From Armatimonadota bacterium (lineage in GTDB: Bacteria; Armatimonadota; Fimbriimonadia; Fimbriimonadales; GBS-DC), in the NCBI GenBank assembly GCA_037444405.1, contig JBBIML010000006.1, positions 128,001 to 192,000 on the forward strand: a DNA stretch of 64,000 nucleotides, given 5' to 3'. The notes under the pieces were generated by a model that was not told the DNA's origin, did not search any database, and saw only the letters and a program-made list of their open reading frames with translations. Made by a program: the position numbers and the translations under genes. This document shows positions 27,403-37,395 of the stretch, in pieces. The stretch's first letter is position 1, and every line of letters starts with the position of its first letter.

Positions 27403-29126
27403 CACAGAAGGAGGCTTTATCGATGAGACGATGGCGCTGGATTCGGAACGGTCATTCGGCAGACCCTGAGCGGTCAGGTCTGTCAGGGCAGGAGCACGGG
27501 TGTGATGCTCGCGTCCCTGCAGGAGGGGGCGCGCAGCCAGTGCGCACGGCTGTCCTGCTGATGTCGTTGCTGTTGTGGGGCGCGCTCGCGACACGCTCCA
27601 CCCTCCTGCTGACAGCTTGCGTCGGACTGAGCGTGGCGACGCTGTTGCTCTGGCAGCAGGAGCGCCGGTCGGAGGGTCAGCGTCCGATGGCCTGGGCGCT
27701 GCTCTGGCTGATTGCCTGCGCCCTGCTGATTCTTTCGCCCGAGCCGTCGCGCACATGGTGGATGGCAGGCGCGTTCGGATTAGCAGCGGGATGGGCTGGC
27801 GGGAGCCGTCTCTGGCGCACGCTGGGCGTTACGATGGCGGTGTTCGCCAGCATCGAGTGGCAGATGCTCGGTGATGGGTTGACCCTCAGCCTGCAGAGCG
27901 CGTCGGCACTGTGGGGGTTAGCCGAGCAGCTGCTGCGAATCGGCTCGCTGGGGCTGGGTGCATGGCTGATCGGGCGCGCACCGGCGGGCGATTCGGCGCC
28001 CGTGAAGCAGGCTGTGGAGCCTGTGCCGTTAGAGAACCTGCCGCACCCGCGCTTCCTCTCTCAGCGGTTGAGCGTCTACCTGCAGCAGCATCTGCCGCGC
28101 CTGCAGGCGGAAGGCGCGGTGCTGTATCTGTACGATTTGCGCGCGGGCGCCCTGGATGCCGTTCTACGGCTGGGAGCGTTGCCCGATTTAGTCAAGCAGC
28201 GGGCGCGCGTGCCGATGGGCGACGGGATGGTGGGCGTGTGCGCCGCCACGGGGCGACCGCTGGCGTTCCTCTCGCTGCTGAAGCCGCCCGCTGACCTGCC
28301 GCGCAATGTGGCATGGGAGGGCGCACCCAGCCTCTGTGTGCCCCTGTTCGACCCCGCCAGCCCCAGCGGGCGACCGCTCGGCGTGCTTCAACTCACAGGA
28401 ACCCACCTCTCGATGGAGATTCTGCCACTTGCCCTATCGGTTGCCGCTCGTCTTGCCGAAGCGCTGGCAATCGTGCGCCAGCGCGAAGCCGAGCAGCTAG
28501 CAAACTTCCAGAAGCTGAGCGCGATTGTCGCTCAGGTGGAAGAGCAAAGCCCCCACACGCGCGGGCACTCCCATCGCGTGGCGGCGCTGTGCGACCTGCT
28601 CGCCGAAGAGCTGGGGCTGGAACCCGAGCTGCGCGAGAAGCTGCGCATCGCCGCGCTTTTCCACGACATCGGCAAAACGCGCGTGCCGCCCGAAATCCTC
28701 AACAAAGAGGGCGCACTCACCGATGAAGAGAAACTCCAGATCCGCCGATACCCCATCCACAGCGTGGAAATCTGCGGCGGTATGGGCTTCGACGAGGATG
28801 TGCTGTTCCTGGTCCGGCACCATGGCGAGCGGCTGGATGGCTCGGGCTATCCCGATGGGCTGGACGCCGCGCGTCAGCCTTTGGCGCTGCGCATCCTTGC
28901 CGTCGCCGATGTGTTCGACACGATGGCATGCACGCGCGCCTATCGCGACGCCTTAAGCACCGAAGAGCGCCTGCGCGAGCTGTCGCGCCTGGCGGGCACC
29001 AAGCTGGATATCCTGGTGGTGGAGACCCTGCGTCGGGCGCACCTGCAGGGGCGACTGGAGCCAATCTACAACGAGCTGCTGCGTAATCCGCTGGCGAGTC
29101 AGGAGCCGAAGCTGCTGGCGGCATAG
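27399..29126 (+). CDS. membrane-anchored GAF + HD-GYP cyclic dinucleotide phosphodiesterase
   Basis: N-terminal TM helices, GAF-like GDGMVGVCA, HTRGHSHRV, FHDIGK, HHGERLDGSGYPDGL, VADVFD. Start uncertain. Confidence 0.88.
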   Translation: MPQKEALSMRRWRWIRNGHSADPERSGLSGQEHGCDARVPAGGGAQPVRTAVLLMSLLLWGALATRSTLLLTACVGLSVATLLLWQQERRSEGQRPMAWALLWLIACALLILSPEPSRTWWMAGAFGLAAGWAGGSRLWRTLGVTMAVFASIEWQMLGDGLTLSLQSASALWGLAEQLLRIGSLGLGAWLIGRAPAGDSAPVKQAVEPVPLENLPHPRFLSQRLSVYLQQHLPRLQAEGAVLYLYDLRAGALDAVLRLGALPDLVKQRARVPMGDGMVGVCAATGRPLAFLSLLKPPADLPRNVAWEGAPSLCVPLFDPASPSGRPLGVLQLTGTHLSMEILPLALSVAARLAEALAIVRQREAEQLANFQKLSAIVAQVEEQSPHTRGHSHRVAALCDLLAEELGLEPELREKLRIAALFHDIGKTRVPPEILNKEGALTDEEKLQIRRYPIHSVEICGGMGFDEDVLFLVRHHGERLDGSGYPDGLDAARQPLALRILAVADVFDTMACTRAYRDALSTEERLRELSRLAGTKLDILVVETLRRAHLQGRLEPIYNELLRNPLASQEPKLLAA

Positions 29127-29127
29127 A

Positions 29128-29778
29128 TTAGCGCGGGCGGTGCTGGCGTCGCATCCAGAGCCAGCCGAGCGGTAGCCCGATCAGCGCACCCAGCAGGGCG
29201 CCCCAGCTGCCGAACGCCCAGTAGCCCAGCCAGCCCAGAATCGCAGGGGGTAACCCCAGCACCAGCAGATAGACCATCAGCAGCCCCGCCACCATGCCCC
29301 CCATCAAGCCGACCAGCGCGCCCGGAACACAGCCCACAATCCCGCACGGCAGCCCAACGAGGAAGCCCGCCACCAGCCCCAGCCCTGCGAACAGCCCCGA
29401 CAGCAGCTGCGCCCACACAGGCAGCGTGTGGGTCTGCACCTGCACGCGCTGGAGCCGTTGCTGATAGCCCGCCCGCACCTGCATGTAGGGGTCGCGCGGG
29501 GAAGCGCGCACCGAAGGCGGTCTGGGCGGTGTGGCTGTGCCGCCGCCGTTCTGGCGCGCCGCATCGTACGCTGCCCGCCGCGCCGGGTTGCCCAGAATCG
29601 CGTACGCCGCGTTCACCCGCTTCATCTTCTCTTCATACTCGCGCTGCTTGCCGTCGGGCGCATGATCGGGATGGTAGCGGCGTGCCAGCTGGCGATAGGC
29701 TTGCCGAATCGCCTCCTGTGAGGCGTCGGGCGTCAGCCCCAGCTCCCGATAGGCGTCCCAGTGCCGTTCGAACCGCAT
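29128..29778 (-). CDS. J-domain (DnaJ-like) membrane protein
   Basis: AYRQLARRYHPD...NAAYAIL, with Gly-rich TM C-terminus. Confidence 0.9.
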   Translation of the reverse strand: MRFERHWDAYRELGLTPDASQEAIRQAYRQLARRYHPDHAPDGKQREYEEKMKRVNAAYAILGNPARRAAYDAARQNGGGTATPPRPPSVRASPRDPYMQVRAGYQQRLQRVQVQTHTLPVWAQLLSGLFAGLGLVAGFLVGLPCGIVGCVPGALVGLMGGMVAGLLMVYLLVLGLPPAILGWLGYWAFGSWGALLGALIGLPLGWLWMRRQHRPR

Positions 29779-29810
29779 CGCCCCCTTCTATTGTACACCA
29801 GAAACGGCTT

Positions 29811-30725
29811 TTAGAGGGGTGGGCGGATGGGCAGAAAGGTGAGCATCAGGCGCAGCAGGCTCTTGACGCGCAGCGGGTAGAGGCGCAGGGAGTGCAAGTA
29901 CGCCTGTCGCGCCCGATGCCGATTGCCCAGCAGGGCGTACTCCGTGCCCAGACAGGCGTAGGAGTGCGCCAGTGCCAATCGCATCGCCCGCGCGTCGTTC
30001 GCCCGCTGCCACAATCGCGCCTCGTTCGCATGGATGGTCTCTTCACGCACGCGCACATCGTCCTCGTACACGCGCCGATGCTGGAACGAGGCGTTCGCCC
30101 CATGCACCCGATAGAAGGTTAACGGCTCATCGATGAAGGCGATGTCGTACTCCAGTGCAATCCGAAACCACATCTCCCAGTCGCCGGAGCCGAACAGGTC
30201 TTCGCGGAAGCCGCCCAGCCGCTCAAAGCATTCCCGGCGCACCAGCACCGACGAGGCGATAATCTTATTGCAGCGCACCAGCGCCTCGATGATGTTGCCC
30301 GACGGCGTTCGGGGCCACTCGAAGCCCAGCGGGTTGCCCCACAGGAGATTGCCTTCGGCGTCGATGAAGCGTCCATCGGTATGCACCAGCCCCACCTGCG
30401 GCTGCGCCTCTAAAATCGCGACCTGCTTTTCCAGTTTGGTGGGCGCCCAGCGGTCATCGGAGTTCAGAATCGCCAGATAGCGCCCGCGCGACTCCGCGAT
30501 ACAGCGATTGAGCGTCGGATAGGTGCCGCGATTGGGCTGGGTGAACAGGCGGATGCGCTCCCCGTAGCTGCGCAACAGCTCGACGGAGTGATCCGTGCTG
30601 CCGTCGTCCACCGCCACAATCTCATAGTCGGTGAAGGTCTGCTCGAACACGCTTTGCAGGGCGTCGGGCAGGAACCGCGCGTGATTATAGCTGGGTATCA
30701 GCACGCTCACCGTCGGCTGGCTCAT
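29811..30725 (-). CDS. GT2 family glycosyltransferase
   Basis: VSVLIPSYNH, VDDGSTD, LNSDD. Confidence 0.93.
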   Translation of the reverse strand: MSQPTVSVLIPSYNHARFLPDALQSVFEQTFTDYEIVAVDDGSTDHSVELLRSYGERIRLFTQPNRGTYPTLNRCIAESRGRYLAILNSDDRWAPTKLEKQVAILEAQPQVGLVHTDGRFIDAEGNLLWGNPLGFEWPRTPSGNIIEALVRCNKIIASSVLVRRECFERLGGFREDLFGSGDWEMWFRIALEYDIAFIDEPLTFYRVHGANASFQHRRVYEDDVRVREETIHANEARLWQRANDARAMRLALAHSYACLGTEYALLGNRHRARQAYLHSLRLYPLRVKSLLRLMLTFLPIRPPL

Positions 30726-30785
30726 CGATTCGATTGTACCTGTCGCGCGAGGAAGATTCAGGGTCAATCAGGTACACTTGCACTG

Positions 30786-33700
30786 ATGGAGACGCCATTC
30801 GCGACGCAGGTGCGGGCGCGGGAGCGGGCGCACCTGCAGGAATGGCTCCAGCAGGTGGCGCAGGGCAACGGTGGCATTCTAATCCTGATGGGCGACTGGG
30901 GCATGGGGCGCACCAGTCTGCTCCGCGACGCGCTGGCGCACGCGCCGACCATCGGGCTGATCACCGCCGACACATGGTGTCGGGGCGAGCATGGTGAGCC
31001 AGGTTGGATGCCCCTCGCCTCTCTGATGGAGCAGTTGCTACGCCATTTCGGCGAGGAGCCGCTCGCGCAGCCTCTGCAGGAGGGACTGCAGCAGTGGCTG
31101 GCGTTCCCGCAATCGTGGCATATCCCCGCCCAGTTCATTCGCCCGCTGCGCGCGCTGGCACGCAAGCGCGGGCTGCTGCTGTGCATCGACGATCTGCATC
31201 TCGCCTCCGAACAGCTCTGTCGCCTGATCCAGAGCTGGCTCTCGGGCATCCGCTTCGAACCGATTGGACTGCTGCTGACCATCTGCACGCCGATTGAGCA
31301 TCCGCTGCTCCATGAGCTGATTCGGCGTGGCGAGCAACACGGCGTCGCGCGCACGCTTACGCTGGAGCCACTGAATCGCGAGCAGGTGCGGGCGCTGATC
31401 GAATGCTGGCGCCCCGCGCTCGCGGGCGATGAGACGCTCGCCGAAGCGCTGCAGGTGCAGACCGCTGGCAATCTATTGCTGATCACGGAGATTTTGCGCA
31501 ACGCGGAGACGTGGGAGGCGGAGTGGCACGCGCGGCGCGAGCTGACGACCATTGTGCCGACCAGCCTGCGCACGCCCATCCTGCAGCGGATGCAGACTCT
31601 GCAGGCGCGGGAGCGTGAACTGCTGCAGTGGCTCAGCTGCTTTGAAAGCGCGATTCCTGAGGCGATTCTGCCTGCGCTCATGAACTGCAATGAGCGGCGG
31701 ATTGCCCAGTGGGTGGCGAGCCTGTTGCGCACGGGCTGGCTGGAACCTGCGCGCCAGCAACCCCACGCGCTCGCCTGGCGCCACCCGCTCGTGCGAAAGG
31801 TCATCTACGAGACCATCCCGACCCATCGCCGCGCCGCCATGCACCGCCAGATCGCCGAGCGGCTCGAACAGAACCCGCTGCTGCCCGACGAGCAACGCTG
31901 GTGGCACTGGACGCACGCGGAACCCGATTCCATCGTGCTGGAGCGGCTCTGGAACGCTTATCTGCAGGCACGCCAGCATGCCAATCCGCGATTCCGTCTG
32001 GAGCTGCTGGAGGCATGCCTGCAGGCGGCGACCCTGCAGGGCGACCATCCGAAACGCGTGCAGCTGCTGTGCGAGCGCCCGCACCTGATGTACTGCCTGC
32101 CGAACGGATTGATGCGGGCGCTGGAAGCCTCCCAGCAGGCGATTGTGGAGCTGGAAGCGCACCCCGATTGCGACCCGGATCGCACACTGTGGGTGCAGGT
32201 GCATTGCGCTCGCGCGGGTCAACTGGCGCAGCTGGGGCGCAGCGACGAAGCGCGGCAAGCCATCAATGCCCTGCTCGAATCGGGCGGCTGGTCCGATGCC
32301 CAGCAATCGATGCTGGAGCTGACGCTCGCCTATCTGCACGCCTGCCAGGGCGACCTGCGCACTGCCTGCGCTCTCCATCGCACCGTGTGGACGCGCATGC
32401 GGGCGAACCGCGACTGGTGGCAGCGGTGGATGGGCGTGCTGCGCTATACGCTGCGCTATGCGCTCGCCTGCGCCGACCTCGAGCTGGCACACGATGTGCT
32501 GACCCGGTTCAGCCACTGGTGCAATCATCCCTCCGCACCATCCGCATGGCAGTCGTCGCTACACCTGATGCAGGCAGACCTCGCTTACTTTGAGGGGCGT
32601 GGGGCGGAGCAGCTCTATCATGCCAGCGCGTCCCGCTCCGCTGAAAGTACCGCCGAACCCTACAGCATCGATTACGAGAGCGAGTTCCAGATTCGGCTCT
32701 ATCGCGACCCGCTGGAGGCGTTGCATATCGCCGAGCGTGCGCTGACGGCGGTGCGCGAGGCGATGGGCTACGAGCGTGAAGCCGAATGGCTCTGTTATCG
32801 GGCGCAGGCACTGATGGAAGCTGAACGGTTCATCGAGTCGCTCGCCACACTCGCTGAGGCGCGGCGGCTCGCCCGCAAGCTCAATCACCAGCTGGTGCTG
32901 GCGCGGAGCGCGCTGCTGCAGGCGACCGTCGTCCTGCTGATGAACCGTCCCGCGCAGGCGTGCGACGCGCTGATTCAGGCGGAGCCGTCCATTCGTGCGC
33001 TGAACCTGCCCGAGCTGAACACCGAATTCGAGAGGCTCCAGTCGATGCTCATGGTTCAGCAGGGCGACCTGACGGCGGCGCAGGCGCACGCGCAAAAAGC
33101 GGTTGAACACGCCACCGCCTGGGGGCACGCGCTCTATCGCGGGCTGGCGCTGCTGCAACATGCGGCGGTGCTGCAGGCGCAGGGCAGCCCGCAGGCAGTT
33201 AGCGTGCAGGAAGAGGCGGAGAGCCTGTTGAGCGGCTACGGGATGCCGCTGGTCTGGCGGCGTCTGCAGGCGCCGCGCCCGACCATAGAGTGGGTGCAGC
33301 AGCGCGGCTGGGAGCTGGAGGTGCGGCTGCTGGGCACGGTGCGCCTGCGCTTTCGCGGGCGCGAACTTCCACCCGACGAGTGGGTCAGCCCGCGCACGCG
33401 CGCCCTGTTCGCCCATCTAACGCTGCTGCAGGGGCGCCCCGTGTATGCCGACACGCTCTGCGAACTGCACTTCGCGCACCTGCCCCTGGAACGCGCACGG
33501 GTCAACCTGCAGACGACCGTCTCGGCGGTGCGCCGCACCCTGCGCCGCGCTTTCGGGGAGACCGCTGGTGACTGGCTGCGATACGATTCGGGCTTCTACC
33601 GCTGGGCGCCCGACCACAGCTGGACAGCGGACGCCTTCGAGTTCGAGCGCATCGCCCGCGACGCGCTCAGCCGCACCGAGCCGGAAGCCCAGCAGGCGCG

Positions 33701-34070
33701 ACTGGACGAAGCGCTCGCCCTCTATCAGGGCGACCTGCTGCCGGAGTTCGCCGAAGAGGAGTGGTGCGCTCCCCATTATCATCGCCTGCACGCGCTCTAT
33801 CTGGAGTGCCTGCTCGTGCGAGCGCAAATCGCCTCCCTCGCCGGGCGACTGGTGGAGGTGATTGAGTACGGGGGGCGACTGCTGGAGATCGATCCGTGTG
33901 ATGAGGCGGCGGCACGGCTGCTGATGCAGGCGTATCGGGCGCTGGGACGCCGTGCCGAAGCCCTTCAGGTCTACACGCGCTGCCAGAAAGCGCTCGCCGA
34001 GCTGCTCGGCGCGTCGCCCTCCGAGCCGACCCGCCAGCTGTACGAATCGCTGGTCAGCGCGGTGAGTTAG
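30786..34070 (+). CDS. STAND-type AAA ATPase / TPR / C-terminal SARP-BTAD transcriptional regulator
   Basis: GDWGMGRTS (Walker A-like), LLCIDDLH, TAGNLL, WRHPLVR. C-terminus VRLLG...ALALYQGDLL...DPCDE...LMQAY...PSEPTRQLY. Confidence 0.85.
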   Translation: METPFATQVRARERAHLQEWLQQVAQGNGGILILMGDWGMGRTSLLRDALAHAPTIGLITADTWCRGEHGEPGWMPLASLMEQLLRHFGEEPLAQPLQEGLQQWLAFPQSWHIPAQFIRPLRALARKRGLLLCIDDLHLASEQLCRLIQSWLSGIRFEPIGLLLTICTPIEHPLLHELIRRGEQHGVARTLTLEPLNREQVRALIECWRPALAGDETLAEALQVQTAGNLLLITEILRNAETWEAEWHARRELTTIVPTSLRTPILQRMQTLQARERELLQWLSCFESAIPEAILPALMNCNERRIAQWVASLLRTGWLEPARQQPHALAWRHPLVRKVIYETIPTHRRAAMHRQIAERLEQNPLLPDEQRWWHWTHAEPDSIVLERLWNAYLQARQHANPRFRLELLEACLQAATLQGDHPKRVQLLCERPHLMYCLPNGLMRALEASQQAIVELEAHPDCDPDRTLWVQVHCARAGQLAQLGRSDEARQAINALLESGGWSDAQQSMLELTLAYLHACQGDLRTACALHRTVWTRMRANRDWWQRWMGVLRYTLRYALACADLELAHDVLTRFSHWCNHPSAPSAWQSSLHLMQADLAYFEGRGAEQLYHASASRSAESTAEPYSIDYESEFQIRLYRDPLEALHIAERALTAVREAMGYEREAEWLCYRAQALMEAERFIESLATLAEARRLARKLNHQLVLARSALLQATVVLLMNRPAQACDALIQAEPSIRALNLPELNTEFERLQSMLMVQQGDLTAAQAHAQKAVEHATAWGHALYRGLALLQHAAVLQAQGSPQAVSVQEEAESLLSGYGMPLVWRRLQAPRPTIEWVQQRGWELEVRLLGTVRLRFRGRELPPDEWVSPRTRALFAHLTLLQGRPVYADTLCELHFAHLPLERARVNLQTTVSAVRRTLRRAFGETAGDWLRYDSGFYRWAPDHSWTADAFEFERIARDALSRTEPEAQQARLDEALALYQGDLLPEFAEEEWCAPHYHRLHALYLECLLVRAQIASLAGRLVEVIEYGGRLLEIDPCDEAAARLLMQAYRALGRRAEALQVYTRCQKALAELLGASPSEPTRQLYESLVSAVS

Positions 34071-34076
34071 CCTGCT

Positions 34077-35081
34077 CTACGGGTTCGCCAGCATCTGCGC
34101 CGCTTGATGGGGCTGAATCTCGCCGGTAAGCAGAATCGCTTTGCCGTCTGCGCGGCGTACCGTCGCCACCACACCTTCGAACCCCTCGCTCAGGCGTAGC
34201 TGGCTATCGGCGCGACGCGCGTCGGGACACTCCGCCGGCAGCAAGAACAGCGTGAAGCAGTCCAGCCCGTTCGAGTAAAGCGCCCCTATCGCGAAGTGGG
34301 AACCCCCACATGGGCAGGAGCGCTTCAGCACCATGATGCGCTCATAACCCTTCGGTGGCTGGTAAGCGTTGAGTTTGAAGCCCAGCTTCGGCTCCAGCGG
34401 CGCAATCTGCAGGGGGCGCTCCATGCGCCAGTTGGGTGGCGGCATCGGCAGCGCGGGCGGTGCAGGTGTCGCTGGCAGAATCTGGTAGCGGAACCGCTGC
34501 TCGTCGCGGATCAGCACGCCCTGCCGATTGTAGGTCTGAATCCGCCCCACATAGGGAGGGCTGCCGCTGGTAATCCAGTACCGCTTGCGCAGGTAGCCGT
34601 CGGGCACCCACACCTCCACCACGACCCACTGCTTGCCCTGCCACTCAGCGCGTTCCAGCTCGCGCAGGCGGGCGTTGCGTTCGAACAGTTGTTGAATCTG
34701 CGCTTTGCCCGCCGCATCGAGCAGCTGCGGGCGCACGATGCACCGCCGTTCGAGCGGCAGCCAGCGCACCCATTCACGGCTCGTCACATAAGTCGTCGGG
34801 CGATACTCCTGTCCCCCTATCAGGCACGCTTCGGCGCCGCGCTCCACTATCTGCAGGTAATCGGGATGCGGGCGGTACACCTCCAGCAGGGCGGGCAGCC
34901 GATCGGCGTGCGGGATTTGCACTTGCACCTCCATTCGGCAGGGCTGGGTCGCGTCGTTGAGGATCGCCTGCTTCCATACAAGCGGCGCGCGGGGCAGCGT
35001 GGTGGAACGCTGACAGCCGCTGAGAGCGATCAGCAGCCCCACCAGGCACACCAGCCAGCGCGTCATGGGGTTCCGCATCAC
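34077..35081 (-). CDS. MucB/RseB-like periplasmic lipoprotein
   Basis: Lipobox LSGC, YSNGLDCFTLF near the C-terminus, and position after an anti-sigma gene. Confidence 0.65.
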   Translation of the reverse strand: MMRNPMTRWLVCLVGLLIALSGCQRSTTLPRAPLVWKQAILNDATQPCRMEVQVQIPHADRLPALLEVYRPHPDYLQIVERGAEACLIGGQEYRPTTYVTSREWVRWLPLERRCIVRPQLLDAAGKAQIQQLFERNARLRELERAEWQGKQWVVVEVWVPDGYLRKRYWITSGSPPYVGRIQTYNRQGVLIRDEQRFRYQILPATPAPPALPMPPPNWRMERPLQIAPLEPKLGFKLNAYQPPKGYERIMVLKRSCPCGGSHFAIGALYSNGLDCFTLFLLPAECPDARRADSQLRLSEGFEGVVATVRRADGKAILLTGEIQPHQAAQMLANP

Positions 35082-35510
35082 TTATTGCGCCTCCACATAG
35101 GGATAGAGTTCGCCGGCGCCGCCGTTCTGCGCCCACTCGCGGTGCGCCTGCCAGTATCGGGCATAGGAGTCAACGACGGGCGGGTACGCGGGTGTGGCGC
35201 GTTGCCAGATGAAGAACGCGAGCAGCAGCGCTGCCGCCGCTGCCGACAGCGTGGCGATGAGCGCGTAGCGACGGGGTTGCCAGCGTCGCGCCCGAATGCG
35301 ACTCTCGATGCCCGCCCAGATACGCTCTGACGGCACAGGCGGCGACCACTGTCGCAATACCTGTGGCACGCGCTGGAGCATCTGCAGCTCGTGGGCGCAG
35401 TCAGGGCAACCCTGCAGGTGCGCCTCCACCACCTGCGCCTGCTCCAGCGGCAGCACACCCTCCACATAGTCTGTTAGAGACCTCCGAACCTCATCGCATC
35501 GCATCGCCAT
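35082..35510 (-). CDS. zinc-finger (zf-HC2) anti-sigma factor
   Basis: MRCDEVR...YVEG...HLQGCPDC, followed by one TM helix. Confidence 0.9.
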   Translation of the reverse strand: MAMRCDEVRRSLTDYVEGVLPLEQAQVVEAHLQGCPDCAHELQMLQRVPQVLRQWSPPVPSERIWAGIESRIRARRWQPRRYALIATLSAAAAALLLAFFIWQRATPAYPPVVDSYARYWQAHREWAQNGGAGELYPYVEAQ

Positions 35511-36096
35511 TCCCCCTGTTCAGAAACGGTTCCAGCTGGCGCCGCAGCGACTCGCGTGCCCGCGCCAGCCGCGATTTGACCGTGCCCACTGGAATTGATA
35601 GCAGCTCCGCAATCTCTTCCACGGGCACCTCCTCGATGTAGTGCAGCACGACCACAGCGCGATGGAGCGGGGAGAGTTGCCGAAGCGCCTGCTGGACACA
35701 GTCCTGCAATTCTTTCTGCTCGACGGCTGCCTCCACATCCTGGCTCTCATCGGGTATCTGCCATTCAAAGGATTCACCCTCCGAATCGTCATATAACGGC
35801 GCATCCAGGGATTGAAACTTGACCAGCCGACTGCGGCGCAGATGATCGATGCCCAGATTGATGGCGGTGCGGCGCAGCCAGCCGTAGAGCGTCTTTTCGA
35901 TGTGCAGGCGCGGCAGCTCGATCCATGCGCGCACGAACACCTCCTGGGTCAGGTCGGCGGCATCGTCGCGATTGCCCAGCATGCCATAGAGCAGTTTGTA
36001 GATACGCGCATGATAACGTGCGTAGAGCACCTCGAATGCCCCCGCATCGCCCTCTCTGGCACGCTGTACCAGCTCCGTGTCGGACCGTGTATTCAA
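35491..36096 (-). CDS. ECF RNA polymerase sigma factor (RpoE-like)
   Basis: DAADLTQEVFVRAW, WLRRTAIN, EEIAELLSIPVGTVKSRLARAR. TTG start inferred. Confidence 0.92.
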   Translation of the reverse strand: MNTRSDTELVQRAREGDAGAFEVLYARYHARIYKLLYGMLGNRDDAADLTQEVFVRAWIELPRLHIEKTLYGWLRRTAINLGIDHLRRSRLVKFQSLDAPLYDDSEGESFEWQIPDESQDVEAAVEQKELQDCVQQALRQLSPLHRAVVVLHYIEEVPVEEIAELLSIPVGTVKSRLARARESLRRQLEPFLNRGNGDAMR

Positions 36097-36168
36097 CCCC
36101 TGCCCTTCCTGAACGAATAAGATATTAGCATGGTTCCTTTTGGCGCGGGTAATGGCAGACACGGATAA

Positions 36169-36304
36169 GGGCGCGGGCACCGTGCCCCTACTCGGAACGG
36201 CTTCAGCTGGTCTGTTGCAAAGAGGGCAGGCGTTCACAAGCGGGGTGCGGGAACCGCACCCTACAGGCATGCGGCATGGGTAGGGGCGCGGTCGCCGCGC
36301 CCCC
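36169..36304. repeat. cluster of three GTAG-type REP palindromes (family B)
   Basis: gggcgcgggcaccgtgcccctac (36169-36191), ggggtgcgggaaccgcaccctac (36242-36264), gtaggggcgcggtcgccgcgcccc (36280-36304). Confidence 0.75.
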
Positions 36305-36358
36305 AAAGCGGCGAAACCCGCTGTGCCCAAAAGGTGGAACGAGCATCCTTGCAACAGA
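36211..36358. mobile_element. possible MITE with short terminal inverted repeats
   Basis: tctgttgcaa (36211) and ttgcaacaga (ending 36358) form a perfect 10-bp inverted repeat ~148 bp apart with no coding capacity. Confidence 0.4.
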
Positions 36359-36409
36359 GCAGATTCAGCCGTCTTGTTCAGGAGCGAATTGCTGGATCGC
36401 CTCCGAGAG

Positions 36410-37384
36410 CTAACATCCCGCGCCGAACTCGAACAGCACTGTTAGCAGATCGGTGTCGTCCACGATGCCGTCGCGATTGACATCGCCTGCGAGCGCGGAG
36501 CCTGTTTGCCCGAACTCGAACAGCACGGTCAGCAGGTCGGCGTCATCCACACAGCCGTCGGCGCTGGTATCACCGTAGCGCCGCACAAGCGCAATCGCGC
36601 TGACCTCCGTTGAAGACCGCCCGAACGCGCCCAGATTGGCGTTGCCCGCATGGGTGATACGCACGAACTGCGCCTGATCGATCTCGACGGGCTGACCCGT
36701 TTGCCAGTCCACCGCCCACTCCAGCTGGAAGGCGTCCCCACCCGCCGAGAGACCCTGAATACCTGGCGTGAACGGGTCATCGGGCACGAGCGGATGCCCC
36801 TGATTGGTGATGGGCGTGATGTCGGCATAGCCCACGATGGGCGTCGGGCATACGCTGAGCGAGCCGAACCACTGGTCGGGCAACGGGAAGCGCGGGACAC
36901 CTGTTGCATCACGCGGGTCGGGATGACGCGGCAGCAGCAGGTACCAGTCGTCGCCACCATCGGGGACGCCGTTGCCGTTTCGGTCGATACCGACTTCCAC
37001 ATAGCCTGGCTCGCCCCACACCTGACAGGGGTTGCCGCCCACATAGAAGGCGTTGCCAAACACAATCAGGTCGTAGCCGTCGGGATTGTGCGGGTCAAGC
37101 CCTGCGGGCAGGTTCTGGATGGGGCGGTCGAAGCCCACCTCGACGAAACCGCCCCATCCGAAGGAGAAGAGCTTGGTGTTATCGGGCACGCCTGGCGTCG
37201 CGTTCGGCGGCGGATAGCCCAGCACCTGTGTCGGGTCGGTGTTGAAGCCCGGCGCACCGTTGACGCCGCTCCAGCCGAACACGCGCGTGGCGAAATCGCG
37301 CTCAGCGAAACTGCCCCGATACTGGGCGCTCACTGACGCGACGGCGATCACCAGCCCGATAGCAACCAGCTCGCGTGCGGGCAT
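36410..37384 (-). CDS. secreted BtuH-like cell-surface protein with C-terminal dockerin-like repeats
   Basis: Signal peptide, FSFGWGGFVEVGFDRPI..DLIVFGNAF..EPGYVEV..DRNGNGVPD..WY, then two DxxxDGxVDDxDLLTVLFEFG repeats. Lies downstream of the B12 riboswitch. Confidence 0.6.
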   Translation of the reverse strand: MPARELVAIGLVIAVASVSAQYRGSFAERDFATRVFGWSGVNGAPGFNTDPTQVLGYPPPNATPGVPDNTKLFSFGWGGFVEVGFDRPIQNLPAGLDPHNPDGYDLIVFGNAFYVGGNPCQVWGEPGYVEVGIDRNGNGVPDGGDDWYLLLPRHPDPRDATGVPRFPLPDQWFGSLSVCPTPIVGYADITPITNQGHPLVPDDPFTPGIQGLSAGGDAFQLEWAVDWQTGQPVEIDQAQFVRITHAGNANLGAFGRSSTEVSAIALVRRYGDTSADGCVDDADLLTVLFEFGQTGSALAGDVNRDGIVDDTDLLTVLFEFGAGC

Positions 37385-37395
37385 GGTTCACCCCT

